Origin: Takakia lepidozioides
Taxonomy: Eukaryota; Plantae; Bryophyta
Direction: 5' to 3'
NCBI GenBank assembly: GCA_030704615.1
Contig: CM060732.1
Location: 47,492,001 to 47,556,000, forward strand
DNA: 64,000 nt
Made by a program: the position numbers and the translations under genes. Below the pieces are notes generated by a model that saw only the letters and a list, made by a program, of their open reading frames with translations, was not told the DNA's origin and searched no databases. This document shows positions 53,201 to 64,000 of this stretch, piece after piece. Within the stretch, counting starts at the first letter, position 1, and each line of letters begins with the position of its first letter.

Positions 53201-56200
53201 GCCTCGGATGCGTTTCCCATTTCTGAGGCACGCACCCAAGATGCCTCCACATGATGATAGCCCTTCCATTTGACGAGATACTCCGTTTCTCGGTTCTTGA
53301 ACCTCCTCGACTTAAGTATTGCCTCCACCTCGTACTCAGGTTCATTTTCATGATCCAACAGCATAGGTGGCGGACGCAACACTTAATGTCGATTCAGACG
53401 CGTTTCATCTTTGAAGTAAGGCTTCAAAAGGGAGACATAGAATACTGGGTGCACCTTGCTGTTTGCCGGCAGCTCCAATTCATACACATCCTCATTCATA
53501 ACCTTCCGAATGCGAAAGGGTCCCGCATACGGAGGTACGAACTTCGGACTCACTTCCGGAGGTAGTCGGAAATTCTTGATGTTCAACCAGACCTCTGTGC
53601 CTGCCTCAAACTTCACTTCCCTCCGCTTCCGATTCGCCTGCCTTTCATACCGTTTCCTAGCTTTGGCAATGTTGTACTTTGCGAGCTTCAACAAACGCTC
53701 GCGTTTTCAGTACCGCCGCTACTGCCGGTTCCTCAACGTCCTGGGCGGCCCAACTTGTCGGCACCAGAGGTGGTTTTCCATAGACCAATACGAAAGGGGA
53801 AACTCCCGTTGCGGAGTGTTCTGTGTTATTATAACAGAACTCTGCCGCGTCTAAGTGTTCCATCCAGTCTGTTTGGTCTGCCGACACGTAATTCCGCAAG
53901 AATTGCTTCACTACGGAATTCACTCTTTCCGTTTGGCCGTCCGTTGTAGGTCGGAAGGCGGTGCTCATCTTCAGCCTCGTCCCCATCTTCTTCCAAAGTG
54001 TCCTCCAAAATTTACTCGTAAACTTTGGGTCGCGATCCGAGACAATATCCTTCGGGACTCCATGATGCTTTAAGACGTGGGCGAAGTAAAGTCGCCCTGT
54101 CTCCTGCGCCGTTGCTGTCTCCTTGGTGGGGATGAAATGGCCCATTTTACTGAAACCTATCCACCACCACCATGATTGCATCGAATCCTTTTGACAGCGG
54201 CATAGCAGTCATGAAATCCATCGAGACGCTTTCCCAAGTCCCCTCTAGAATCGGCAAGGGTTGTAACAGCCCCGCATGCTTTTTGTACTCGCTCCGGTTT
54301 TTGTTGGCATGTGGTGCATGTCTTGACATACTCCTCTGCTCCCTCCCTCAGTTTGGGCCAGAAATACTCTTTCTTCAAGAGTGCCGCAGTGCGCTTGGCT
54401 CCGCCGTGGCCCGCGAGCGGGCTATTATGGCATTCTCTCAAGAGGCTATCTCTGATCCCTCCCTTCGGCACGTAGAGATGCTTTTGCTTATACCGGAGCA
54501 GTCCATTTTGCAAGTGGAACTGCGATTTAACCCCCATCCTCAAGTCCTGCATCATGGACTTCGCCAGCTCATCCTTCCGGCAAGCCTTCCGGATCTTCCT
54601 TTGGAGCGCCGTCTCGCCCTTGTACACCAACAAGAGCTGCTGCTTTCTACTTAAAGCATCGGCCACCACGTTGTCTCGTCCCGGTTTGTACTGGATATCC
54701 ACGTCGAACACCGCCAAAGTATCTTGCCACCTAAGTTGTTTTGGGGACAACTTGGGCTGCGTGGCAAAATACTTCACCGTGACATTGTCCGTGAACACCT
54801 TCACTAGTGGCGCCAAAGCTCAAGACAGTGCACCACCGCCTTCATCTCTTTTTCGTGCATCGGCCACCGTCGTTCAGTTTCTTACTTTCGTAAGCCACTG
54901 GACGTCCATCTTGTATAAGTACACCCCCAATCGCGAAGTCCGATGCATCTGTATGAATCTCAGACGGACGATCGAACTCCGGGATTTTCAAGACTAGAGC
55001 TTCCGCCATCCGCTGCTTCAATTCAGCAAAAGCTTGGCCACAAAATGTGTTCCATACCCAGACTTTGGATTTACATAGAAGGTCCGACAGCGGCCCCGCG
55101 ATCTTGGCGAAATTTCTCACATACTTCCGGTAATAGGAGGCGAGTCCTAGGAAGGATCGCACTCCCGGGACCGAAGTCGGAGGCTCCCAGTTCAAGATCG
55201 CCCTCACCTTTCTGTCATCCATTTTGATCCCATCCTGTGTAATCATATGCCCCAAGAACTCCACTTTCGTGACCCCGAATTTCGCATTTTGAAGCTTTGG
55301 CGTACAGCTTCCCTTCCCGCAACTTTTGGAACACCCTTTATGAGGTGCTCCAGGTGTTCCTCCTTTGTTTTCGAGTACACCAAGATGTCGTTGATGTACA
55401 CGATCACAAAGTCATCCAACCACTCCTGAAAAAGGCTGTTCATCAGCGTGCTAAAGGTCGCCGGTGCATTAGTGAGCCCAAAGGCATCACCAAGAACTCA
55501 TATGAACCATACCTTGTCCTGCACGCGGTCTTCTCCTCATCTCCTTCCGCCACCCGAATTTGATGATAGCCGGAGCGCAAGTCGATCCGGCTGAAATACT
55601 TCGCTCCTGCCAACCGGTCGAAAAGGTCGTCGATCCTTGGCAAAGGGTACCGGTTTTAATAGTCACCTTATTCAAAGCCCTGTAATCGACACACATCCGC
55701 AGCGTCCCATCCTTCTTGTCTGCGAATAGCACCGGGGCTCCGTAAGGTGACTTACTCGGCCGGATGTACCCCTTTGACATTAGATCCTTGAGCTGAGTCT
55801 TCAGCTCGACCAAACTCTGTGGCTCAACCGGTAGGGCGCCTTGGCAGGCGGTTCCGATCCCGGTATCACCTCAATCTTGTGGTCAACTCCTCTTCGCGGT
55901 GGCAAGCCGCTTGGTAAATCCTCCGGCATCACATCCTGGTATTTCTCCAAAATCCCCTTGATCCAATCTAGGCTCGGCTCCCCATCGCCTTCTCCTTTCA
56001 CTTCTCTAATGTAAAGCAAAAACTGGGACTCGTGTGCCTCCTCCACGGCCCACTCCTTTGCTGATAGAAGGTTTATTCGCCCTCCCACGGATTTGGGCGT
56101 TTCCGACACTCGTAAAACCTCGCCACCATTCCCACATGGCAGCGTGACTACTCTCTTGCGGCCATCTATGACCGCTCCGGATTTGCTCAAAAAGGTCATC

Positions 56201-57715
56201 CCCAAAATGAGATCCACTCCATCGATCTCGCAGATGGTGAAGTTCTCACGTCCCTCCCAACTCCCCAGTTGAAGAGGAACATCAAACGCCAACCTTGTCG
56301 CCAACTGAGGTTCTCCTTGGCAGAACGCACCTCAATAGAGGCCCCCACGTCACTTGTCGGGAGTCCCAACTTTCGCGCCGCCGCCGGCGTCATGAAGGAG
56401 TGCGACGCTCCTGTGTCCACCAACAACGACACGTTAGTTCCGGATATTATCCCATCCACGAACAATGACTGACTCCCTTTACGCAGGGCGCCAGTTTCCT
56501 GATACAACTCACAAGAATAGTTGCCTACCTTGCAAGTCCTGGCAACCACCGCTTCCACCAAGCGACTGATGGTATCTTCCGACAGCTCCGTGGTTGCCCG
56601 AGTCATGTTCAATTGTCGAGGTTTTGTGCACTTCTTGGCCAAGTGCCCGGGCTCCCCGCAATTGAAACACACTCCATCAAAGGTTGCCTTCTATCCGCCA
56701 TAAGCCGCTCCACCCGCTTTTTCTTTCGAAGCACCGAGTGCCGCCTTGACGTGTGAAGGCCCTCCCTTCGATTTCCATGTGCCGTTGTCGCCGCGTGGTC
56801 TATCCCACTTCTTTTCCGGTCGGAAGGAGTCACCTTCCCGCCGGGTCTTCTTGTGGTTCAGCTCCGTACGGCCTTGTCTCTCACCCCTAGGGACATCCGA
56901 GAAACATTCAGCCCTCTCAATTGCCTCGTTCAAAGTCTTGGGTGGCTTCTCCTCCAACTTCCGCCTGGCCCATGGGGGCCAGTCTTGCCACAAAGTTGAA
57001 GACCATTTCTGGTTCTGCCATGTCCGCGACTTCGAGCAACAGCACATTGAAAGCCTGGACATACCCCCGAATGTCATCTGTTTGCTTCAAATCCCTCATC
57101 TTGTCCCGGGCAAGCCAGGATGCGTTGAGGGGCACAAACTGTCTCTTCATCAATTCCTTGAACCCACTCCAGTTCAAGGTTTCCGGGCTTGGGCCTCGGT
57201 CGTGAAGGCGTTTCTGCCACCATTGTTGAGCATAGCCCCTCAAATAGGTGGGAGCACTTCCACCCGATCCTCGTCACTCAACTTAGCCGCCCGGAAGTAC
57301 TGCTCTAGCTCCAGGAGCCAGGTGTTGAGTGCCTTCCGATTTCGGACGCCCTCGAAGGTGCCGGGTTCCTTAGGCTTCACCTTAAACTTTGCCTTAGTGG
57401 AAGTGGCATTAGCCGCCTTCAACACGTCTTTCAACGTCCCGCCAAACTGCGCCAACAACCCTTCCCATGGGAGGCATCTCTTGGTTTGTCGGAGCTCTCA
57501 AGGATTCCTCGGGCTCCGACTCCTCGGATTCCTCCCGCTCTTGAGCGGCCTCGTTTTCGAAAACATTCATCGCTTCCTCAAACGGCCGCCTCGGTGACGT
57601 CGCCCCCATCGGGCTCACCAGGATCATCATCTTTTGGGCCGTTCCGCTTTCGCTTCGGCTTGCCCGACCCCCATGATGAGGCCAATCCCAAGGACGATCG
57701 CGTACTGAATTCTAA

Positions 57716-57727
57716 GCTCTGATACCA
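57716..57727 (-). promoter_or_regulatory. Primer-binding site complementary to initiator tRNA-Met
   Basis: TGGTATCAGAGC 2 nt downstream of the 5' LTR. Confidence 0.9.
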
Positions 57728-57729
57728 AG

Positions 57730-58457
57730 TGTCGCGCACCTCCCTTCGGTAAGCTCCCCCCTCAAGTCATAGTTACTCGCTTTGATGCGCGCGCCTGACT
57801 CCCAACCTGGCCGCCGGGCCAACTTGGAGCTTCGGTTGCTCACCAGGGCATAACGGTCCCCCTTTGTTCTCCCAAAGAACCCTCCACCGCTTTGGAACCA
57901 GCGGGAATTCCCTTTGGTAGTTGGCAGTCCGGAACAGCTCCCCACTCTTTGGTCGCTTTCCGGCTCACTCGCTTACTCACTAGTTTTTGGTCACCAACGG
58001 GCTTGCACCGTTCTCGGGGTTACTACTCCCTATATATACTTCTGTAGCTGTCCGCGGGGGTTTCACAACCAGCCATGCCATTTTATGGCGAACCACCACG
58101 AAGACCCTCGATTCCCGGTGGTGAGTCGCGGTGAGTCTTGGCCCATTCACCGCGGCCCCAATGGACTGTGATGAGTCCCAAGACTCCCCACGACTCCCAC
58201 CTCGAGGTCTCCACCCCATGGTGAGTCCTATGCCACCCCCACTAAGTCCCGCTAAGCTACCACCACCTCTTGTGGAGCCACCCCCACCGCAACCCGGTGT
58301 GCGGGGGCTCCACCTAGTGAGCGCCTCCGCCTCCTTGAGTGCCTTGGGCACTCAAGGGTGCTTCAGCCCCCGTACCTATCGCTGCTACTGCCCCCACCAC
58401 AGGGGCCGCCCCTCTTGTGTCCCGACCCCCCTGCCCTCAAGGCAAAGGGCCGCGACA
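57730..58457 (-). repeat. 5' LTR of copy B (728 bp)
   Basis: TGTCGCG...CGCGACA on the minus strand. Confidence 0.9.
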
Positions 58458-59994
58458 CCAGGTGTCACGTTCTTGGTGGGTGTTTGAGTAGAGTGGGCAA
58501 TACGGAGATGGATAAAGTTGTGGCTAGAAAATGTGTTTGCGTTGATGTCCCCTGTACTGGGCGTATCTAAATTTGAGGGTTTGTCGTATTTGTGCATCTG
58601 TGGTGATTTTGGTATTCCAGAAGTGATTTGATAGTTTGTGGTGAAGCACATTGGATTGTGTCCATTTTTGCTATGAACTTTAGTGTGGCTTATTGATGCA
58701 GCAACTTGTTTGTTGGCTTCCCTGGTGAGGGTGGCGAGTAGGTTGCGAACAGGTCTGGGTGTAGGTGGGTCTGGGACAGGGTATATGAACCAAAAAGGGT
58801 GGGTGTGAGCGATGTGAATAGGGTCTTCCGATGGAACCATAGGGGGTTTGGCAACTCCAGCTTGAGCAAATAGATCAGCAGCATCATTCCCTAATATCCC
58901 TGTGTGCGAGCGGACTTTATGGAGGTGGATGGGGTGAGAGTTGGAGAGGGCTAGTTGGACTATGGCAGTGATGAGATTGCGGTTTGGATGGTGGTGGTGG
59001 GAGGATGGGCAGTTTATGTGATTTCTGATAAGGAAGAGGGAGGTAAGGCTATCAGTAAAGATATAGTAAGGTGGAGGAAAGTTGGCAAGCCTAGATAGGG
59101 TGTCATATATGGCCATGAGTTCAGCACGTAAAATTGTGGCGGGACCAAGAAGCCGGAGGGCGATCCCCTGCTGGGTGGCCGCGTGGTATATACCATATCT
59201 GGCGTTGGAGTTTATGAGGGATCCATCAGTATAGTGGGAGTGGGAGAGGGGAAATCTAAGAGGTATGATTTGTCAGTAGATTTGGGGAATGACAGGTATG
59301 GCCTGAGTAGGGGCGGTATATGGTGGGCGTGGTGTTGCTTTTAGCCATGCCTTGTTAGATTTGATATTGCGGGGGGGGGGGACGGTAGATATGTTCGCGT
59401 TCAGTAGTGTAGGGGGAGGCGATGTTGGCTTTCATTTTATGAGTTTGTGTAAGTAGGTTATGTAGGCAGTGGAGGAGGTCAGGGGGGATGTTTGTCAGGG
59501 GGGTGTTTTGCACAAGAAGGACAAGGGTGAGGGAAGGTTCCTTCTGTTGGAGATATGTGGGGAGAGGGGGTGTGTGTGTATATTTAAGTTGGTTTGGTTC
59601 TATGCTGGCTAGTAAATGCGCTCCAGTGGGTAGGCAGAGGAGAGGATGGGAGTCGTTAGGCAGTTTTTGTTGGGTGAGGACAAGTATTGCGAGGGCAAAT
59701 GGAGATGTGTGGGCGGCGAGACGCGCCCATTGGAGGGCGTCATGTGTCGGGGGGCCTGGAGGGGGATGAGCAAAGCCTCTACCGGCCCATGTATGTTGTG
59801 TGGCGGTGCCTGTGGCGCCGAATAGGCAATCTCTGTGGTGTGGACTGGCGTAAGTGGTTAGTTCCATGGGGCATGTAAGGGGGCTTGAGTAATATGAGTG
59901 GGTGAGTTGAAATGATTTTATGAGCAGTGTGAGGATGTCATAAGGTAAAAGTGTTGTGGGCACCTGCTTGGGTGAGTCGGCGGGGGGAGCGTGG

Positions 59995-60000
<6 letters not shown>

Positions 60001-60057
<57 letters not shown>
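60001..60057 (+). repeat. G57 homopolymer at the 5' junction of the LINE
   Basis: Uninterrupted run of 57 G. Confidence 0.9.
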
Positions 60058-60058
<1 letters not shown>

Positions 60059-61084
60059 GCCTCCTTATGACAACCATGCTGGGCATATCCTGCATCATGG
60101 CATTCCATGATACCACATTTCGTTCAGCCATACTGTTGAACACTTCATTTGCATTGTCAATGCTCCCACATTTGGCATACACGTCCACAAGGGAATTGTT
60201 AAGAATGACATCTGGTACAATTCCAGCTTTCATGATGTTAGCATGGACCTCTCCTTTTCTAGGGCTGCCAGGCACGCACATGCATTGCAAACGCAAATGA
60301 AGGTGACTTGATCTGGCTTCACCTCTTCGCCCATCATTTGCTCATAGGTCTCCAAACCCTCCGTTCCGCATCCATGCTGGGCATATCCTCCTATCATTGT
60401 GTTCCATGACACCACATTTCGTTCAGCCATTTTGTCGAACACTCCCTTTGCATATTCAATGCTCCCACATTTGGCGTACATGTCCACGAGGGTGTTGTTC
60501 AAAATGACATCTGGTACAATTCCAACTTTCACAATGTCAGCATGGACCTCTTTGCCTTTTTTCAGGGCTGCCCTCCCTGCACACGCATTGCAAACGCAAA
60601 GGAAAGTGACCTGGTCTGGCTTCACCCCTTCCCGGATCATTTGCTCATAGGTCTCCAAAGCATCCATTCCGCATCCATGTTGGGCATATCCCGTGATCAT
60701 AGCATTCCATGACACCACATTTTGTTATGCCATATTGTCAAACAACCCCTTAGCATGGATGTCAGCATGAACCTCTCTGCCATTTCCCAGGGCTGCCAGG
60801 CCACATGCATTGCAAATGCAAAGGAAAGTGACATGGTCTGGCTTCACCCCTTCCTGGATCATTTTCTCATAGGTCCTCAAAGCCTCCATCCCACACCCAT
60901 GCTGGGAATATCCTCCAATCATAGCACTCCAGGAAACCACATATTGTTCAGCCATACTGTTGAACACTCCCTTTGCATCCTTAATGCTCCCGCATTTGGC
61001 ATACATGTCCACTAGGGTGTTGTTCAGAATGACATTTGGGTCAATTCCAGCTTACATAATGTCAGAATGGACCTCTTTGTCCTT

Positions 61085-62310
61085 TCCTCATCTGATGACA
61101 ACTCCTGAAATACTTGACTTTGCGACCTCCGTCCTTATTGATTTCCGATGAAGATCACCCAAATTTTCTTGGGACACCAAGGCATGGGAGGCCTGGCCCT
61201 TCTTCCTATTTGTGGTTTTGTGAGGTGGTATATGTCCGTGGCACATCCTCCATAATAGCCTTTTGGCTTGGTGTGACGGGCCCTTCACCTTCCCCATGTT
61301 TCATACAACCATCCACCCTATGCAAGTTCAGTTTTTTTTTATCGGCAAAAATCAGATCACAGTGTATGCATCTGTATTGTCGTCTGTTAGACGCACCAGG
61401 TTCATTGACCCTTGCCATTATGTAGGCCTCACATATGAGGGACTCGTACTCATCAGTTTCATAAGTTTGGCGATATTCCCTCCGGTTCTCTATCATTTTG
61501 CTCTCCTTCATCGTGAGTGTTGCGTCTGCCAACAATTGCAGCAGCGTGCAAACCTACAAGACAATGCCAAGCATAAATCCACATGCCACTCACTTGCTTG
61601 AACCCTCAAATTGCCCGCATGGCCATTGAACCCCCCCAATACCTCTATGGTGTGCATGTTTTTTACACTAAACCCTAAACCCCAAAACAAAATGGAAGGA
61701 CTGCAGATAATGACATATCTCAGAATGGAGAGTGTTCATGGCCGCATATGTGCACGTCCTGGAGCTCGCAAGTGAACTATGGAAACAACAGTCAATCCAG
61801 GTCTGCTCCTTCACATACCAAGCAAATATAACATGCAACCTGCTCAGATGATTGGTTTCCGATGCTCGATGCAGAACTCACTCACACGCTAAATCCTGGA
61901 AGAAGAGCACAATCACAATCCAGAGAACATAGAAGAGAAATATCAATCAATAATAAGGACATGCACGCAATTCACACTTGGAGATGATGCGGTGCAACCA
62001 TTGAAGACGGCCAAAATATCCTACTTCATAGCCTGATTGTCCATTCGTGTCCACAACTGAACCTGCATGGCGGGACGCGGTACGCCAACACCATAAAAAA
62101 TCGATAGCGACATTTCGCGATGGTTGCCAACAACACACCGTCCCGTCTCATTCTACATGCAATGCAATGATATGGATGCAATGGAAGCATGCATGTACCA
62201 TGGGCAGGATGAAGGCATGCAGGGGGGATGGGGATGCGGGAGAGGGCATGGCCAGGGCATGCGTAATGTCCACGCAGCGGGCACATGGGGGCACATGGGG
62301 GCAAATTTTA
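61085..62310 (-). mobile_element. TE-like fragment with a CxxC...H...C zinc-finger ORF and a repeat shared with 48050-48140
   Basis: YRCIHCDLIFADKKKLNLHRVDGC in ORF 61206-61535; ATGTGCCCGCTGCG..GACAT.ACGC.TGCCCTGGCCATGCCCTCTC.CGCATCCC also occurs at ~48056. Confidence 0.4.
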
Positions 62311-64000
62311 CACTTGATACAATGCACCGGGTTATCCGTCACCCTCTTTCATGAATTGTGAGCACTTTGTTTAATCTTGAGAGCAATCTTGAGAGCAATC
62401 CGTTAATGTACAGTGGCAATTCCATTATTTGACTGGTTAATATGCAAGTAGACTCATGTTGAGCTGGACTCAACCCTTGAAATAGGTACAGGTGGGAGTG
62501 GCATAAAACATAGATTGGTGACAACTTTTGGCAGACTTGAAACAGCTAGAAGCCACTTCTATCCAGGCTAGGAAGCAATTACCCCGATTCTAATCTCTGA
62601 AATGTTAGTCTAGTATTGGACTGGGTTAGGATTGTTTTATACAAATAGGGAATCACTTCCAGCATAGGCCAGTGCTCAGACCACCATCGTTCAAGTTGGG
62701 GGGCGGAGGGATTGCATGAGCCATCTTGGAGGGCAATTGGGTGGTCACTTTGAACAGGGCTCAAGCACATATGGGATATTTTGGTTTTCGTGCTACGGAA
62801 AGGCGAGTGCTCATAGCATCAGCTGTATGTGTTTAATCCAGAACGAGCTAAAGAGATGGGGGAAAGGATCTTCTAGGTGACACAGGTAAACTAGATCATT
62901 TTGATTATTTTCATGTATAGTCCATCTCATGGATTGTTTTCTGAGAAATGAATTTGTTGGCCCCAAAAAGTGAAGATTAAAAACATTCAAAAAGCGACTA
63001 CAAATACAGTAAAACATTAAAAGCCTTTCATTTATTTTAATTCAGTTTTTTCTCCTAATGTTTTTCAGATATTAATTGTTTTGTCTTGCCCCTTATTTTG
63101 TTTTGTTTAGTACACTGGGTCGCTCATGGAGTATTTTCTATGATTGCCCCACATGCAGGTCAGGTTCAAGTCACCTCACAAGAAAGAAAGAAAGAGGACT
63201 CCCCCCGGGAAAGGCGCCAAATCATACATTCTCTTCATCCCCCAAGGATTCCCAAGGATTACTGGTTCCATTGGAAAGTGGACCATTTCAACCCTAGTCC
63301 CCTAGGTTATGCACAAGCAAGGCACAACACCCAACCACTAGGCTACCTGGTCTAGTGTGATGTGCAGACATTCTGAACTGCCATATTTGTGGCTTCGTCC
63401 AGCACTAAGGATTGACAAGTGAAACACGATTTCGGCAGTAAGGTTAGCCCCGCCATTCTACCTGCAAGGTCTTCCTTCAAGTTGGACACAACCTCATGTG
63501 GATGGATATTTGAGGATTCTTCTTGGAAATTCTACTACCATAGAAGTTGCTTCCTTGTCCAGATTCAGCCGCCTCTGAGAAAAATGAATGTTGGTGTATA
63601 TAGGAAACTTGTCAGTTCAGTCCCACAGCTTCAAGCTCCACGTAGAGGCTTCAACTTCTGCAACGGATATCAAGAGAGTGTATCAACACACACAAAACTG
63701 TGTCTGTGTTCCTGCTGATTGTGTAGGCAACCTAAGACTAACCGTGCACACAGCAGGGAGATTATGTAGCACTTGTCTTCTGTCTCCTTCGTCTTTCGTT
63801 TCCTTTGTGTGTACACATATGTGATGTACTTCAGTGGAGGACGTTTCTACTGAAACTGTCCTTTTTTGTAAATAAGAAAGTGCCATGAAGCGCTTACTTT
63901 TAAAGCTCGGAGATTGTTGACGGCGTTCCACAATAGCCTATCCGAAACAATCAGCCTTGAAAGTGCCCCGGTGCTCACCCTGCAGGTCAATCCAGGCACA

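Larger units (their letters stand above)
52653..58457 (-). mobile_element. Ty3/gypsy chromovirus copy B (5' LTR and internal region; PPT and 3' LTR lost)
   Basis: Same family as copy A; LTR 58457-57730; gag-pol with frameshifts; chromodomain at ~53.2-53.33 kb; truncated at 52653 next to a 15-bp tandem duplication. Confidence 0.95.
52552..60058 (-). mobile_element. 5'-truncated RTEX-like non-LTR retrotransposon (MTase-like domain, RNase H, zinc-knuckle start) hosting LTR copy B
   Basis: 12-bp TSD with 2 transitions (GCTTTCTTATGA 52540-52551, GCCTCCTTATGA 60059-60070); RNase H YTDGS/RAELMAI/IFTDS/KVRSHTGILGNDAAD (59236-58865); LKFRYAQY...CPL..; 3' UTR remnant 52552-52650 ending in (CT)n. No RT is retained, so the clade is inferred. 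Confidence 0.75.
51690..61078 (-). pseudogene. PLS-class PPR-DYW pseudogene split by a LINE+LTR insertion (coding parts 61078-60059 and 52551-51690)
   Basis: PLS triplets at 60.06-61.08 kb continue as HGCH..AMQLFEGMQKEG at 52.55 kb, then E domain and a degenerate DYW (HHSK..., CGDCH) with stops. Confidence 0.9.

Noticed and set aside
56746-57597. 283-aa plus-strand ORF (and similar ORFs at 43713-44408 and 46790-47371)
   Set aside because: Antisense shadows of GC-rich gag/pol or ParB-MTase coding sequence.
59355-60296. 313-aa ORF as a real PPR-polyproline fusion protein
   Set aside because: It spans a frameshifted PPR pseudogene, the G57 run and LINE sequence across a TSD-defined junction.
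62400-64000. Possible exons of a minus-strand gene at the window end
   Set aside because: Some AG/GT-bounded open segments exist, but no consistent frame or recognisable protein could be assembled.

Overview
Eukaryotic nuclear DNA from a land plant. PLS-DYW PPR genes, an iMet-primed chromovirus and spliceosomal introns suggest a non-seed plant such as a hornwort, other bryophyte or lycophyte; the taxon is inferred. The left half carries four host genes that can be modelled exon by exon: a SAM-dependent methyltransferase (2 exons), a dienelactone-hydrolase-family gene (7 exons), an RH47/ISE1-like DEAD-box helicase (3 exons, one homopolymer frameshift) and U1 snRNP-C (5 exons). It also holds pseudogene relics (FtsH, TFIIE-beta, a PPR E/E+ fragment), a decayed L1/Tx1-type LINE, nested hAT-like MITEs and a (CT)n-associated LINE 3' end. 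The right half (36-62 kb) is a nest of mobile DNA: two copies of one Ty3/gypsy chromovirus in opposite orientation and two convergent PLS-DYW PPR pseudogenes. Two elements there stand out. (i) A decayed DNA-transposon-like element has divergent genes for a GCM/WRKY-like zinc-finger protein and a spliced ParB-like (DGNHR) plus DNA-methyltransferase-like protein, and carries ATGCGG-N2-CCGCAT palindromes. (ii) An RTEX-like LINE, inserted in a PPR gene with a TSD, has a PCIF1/Dam-like adenine-methyltransferase-like domain just upstream of RNase H. All domain calls come from motif recognition by eye, not database searches.
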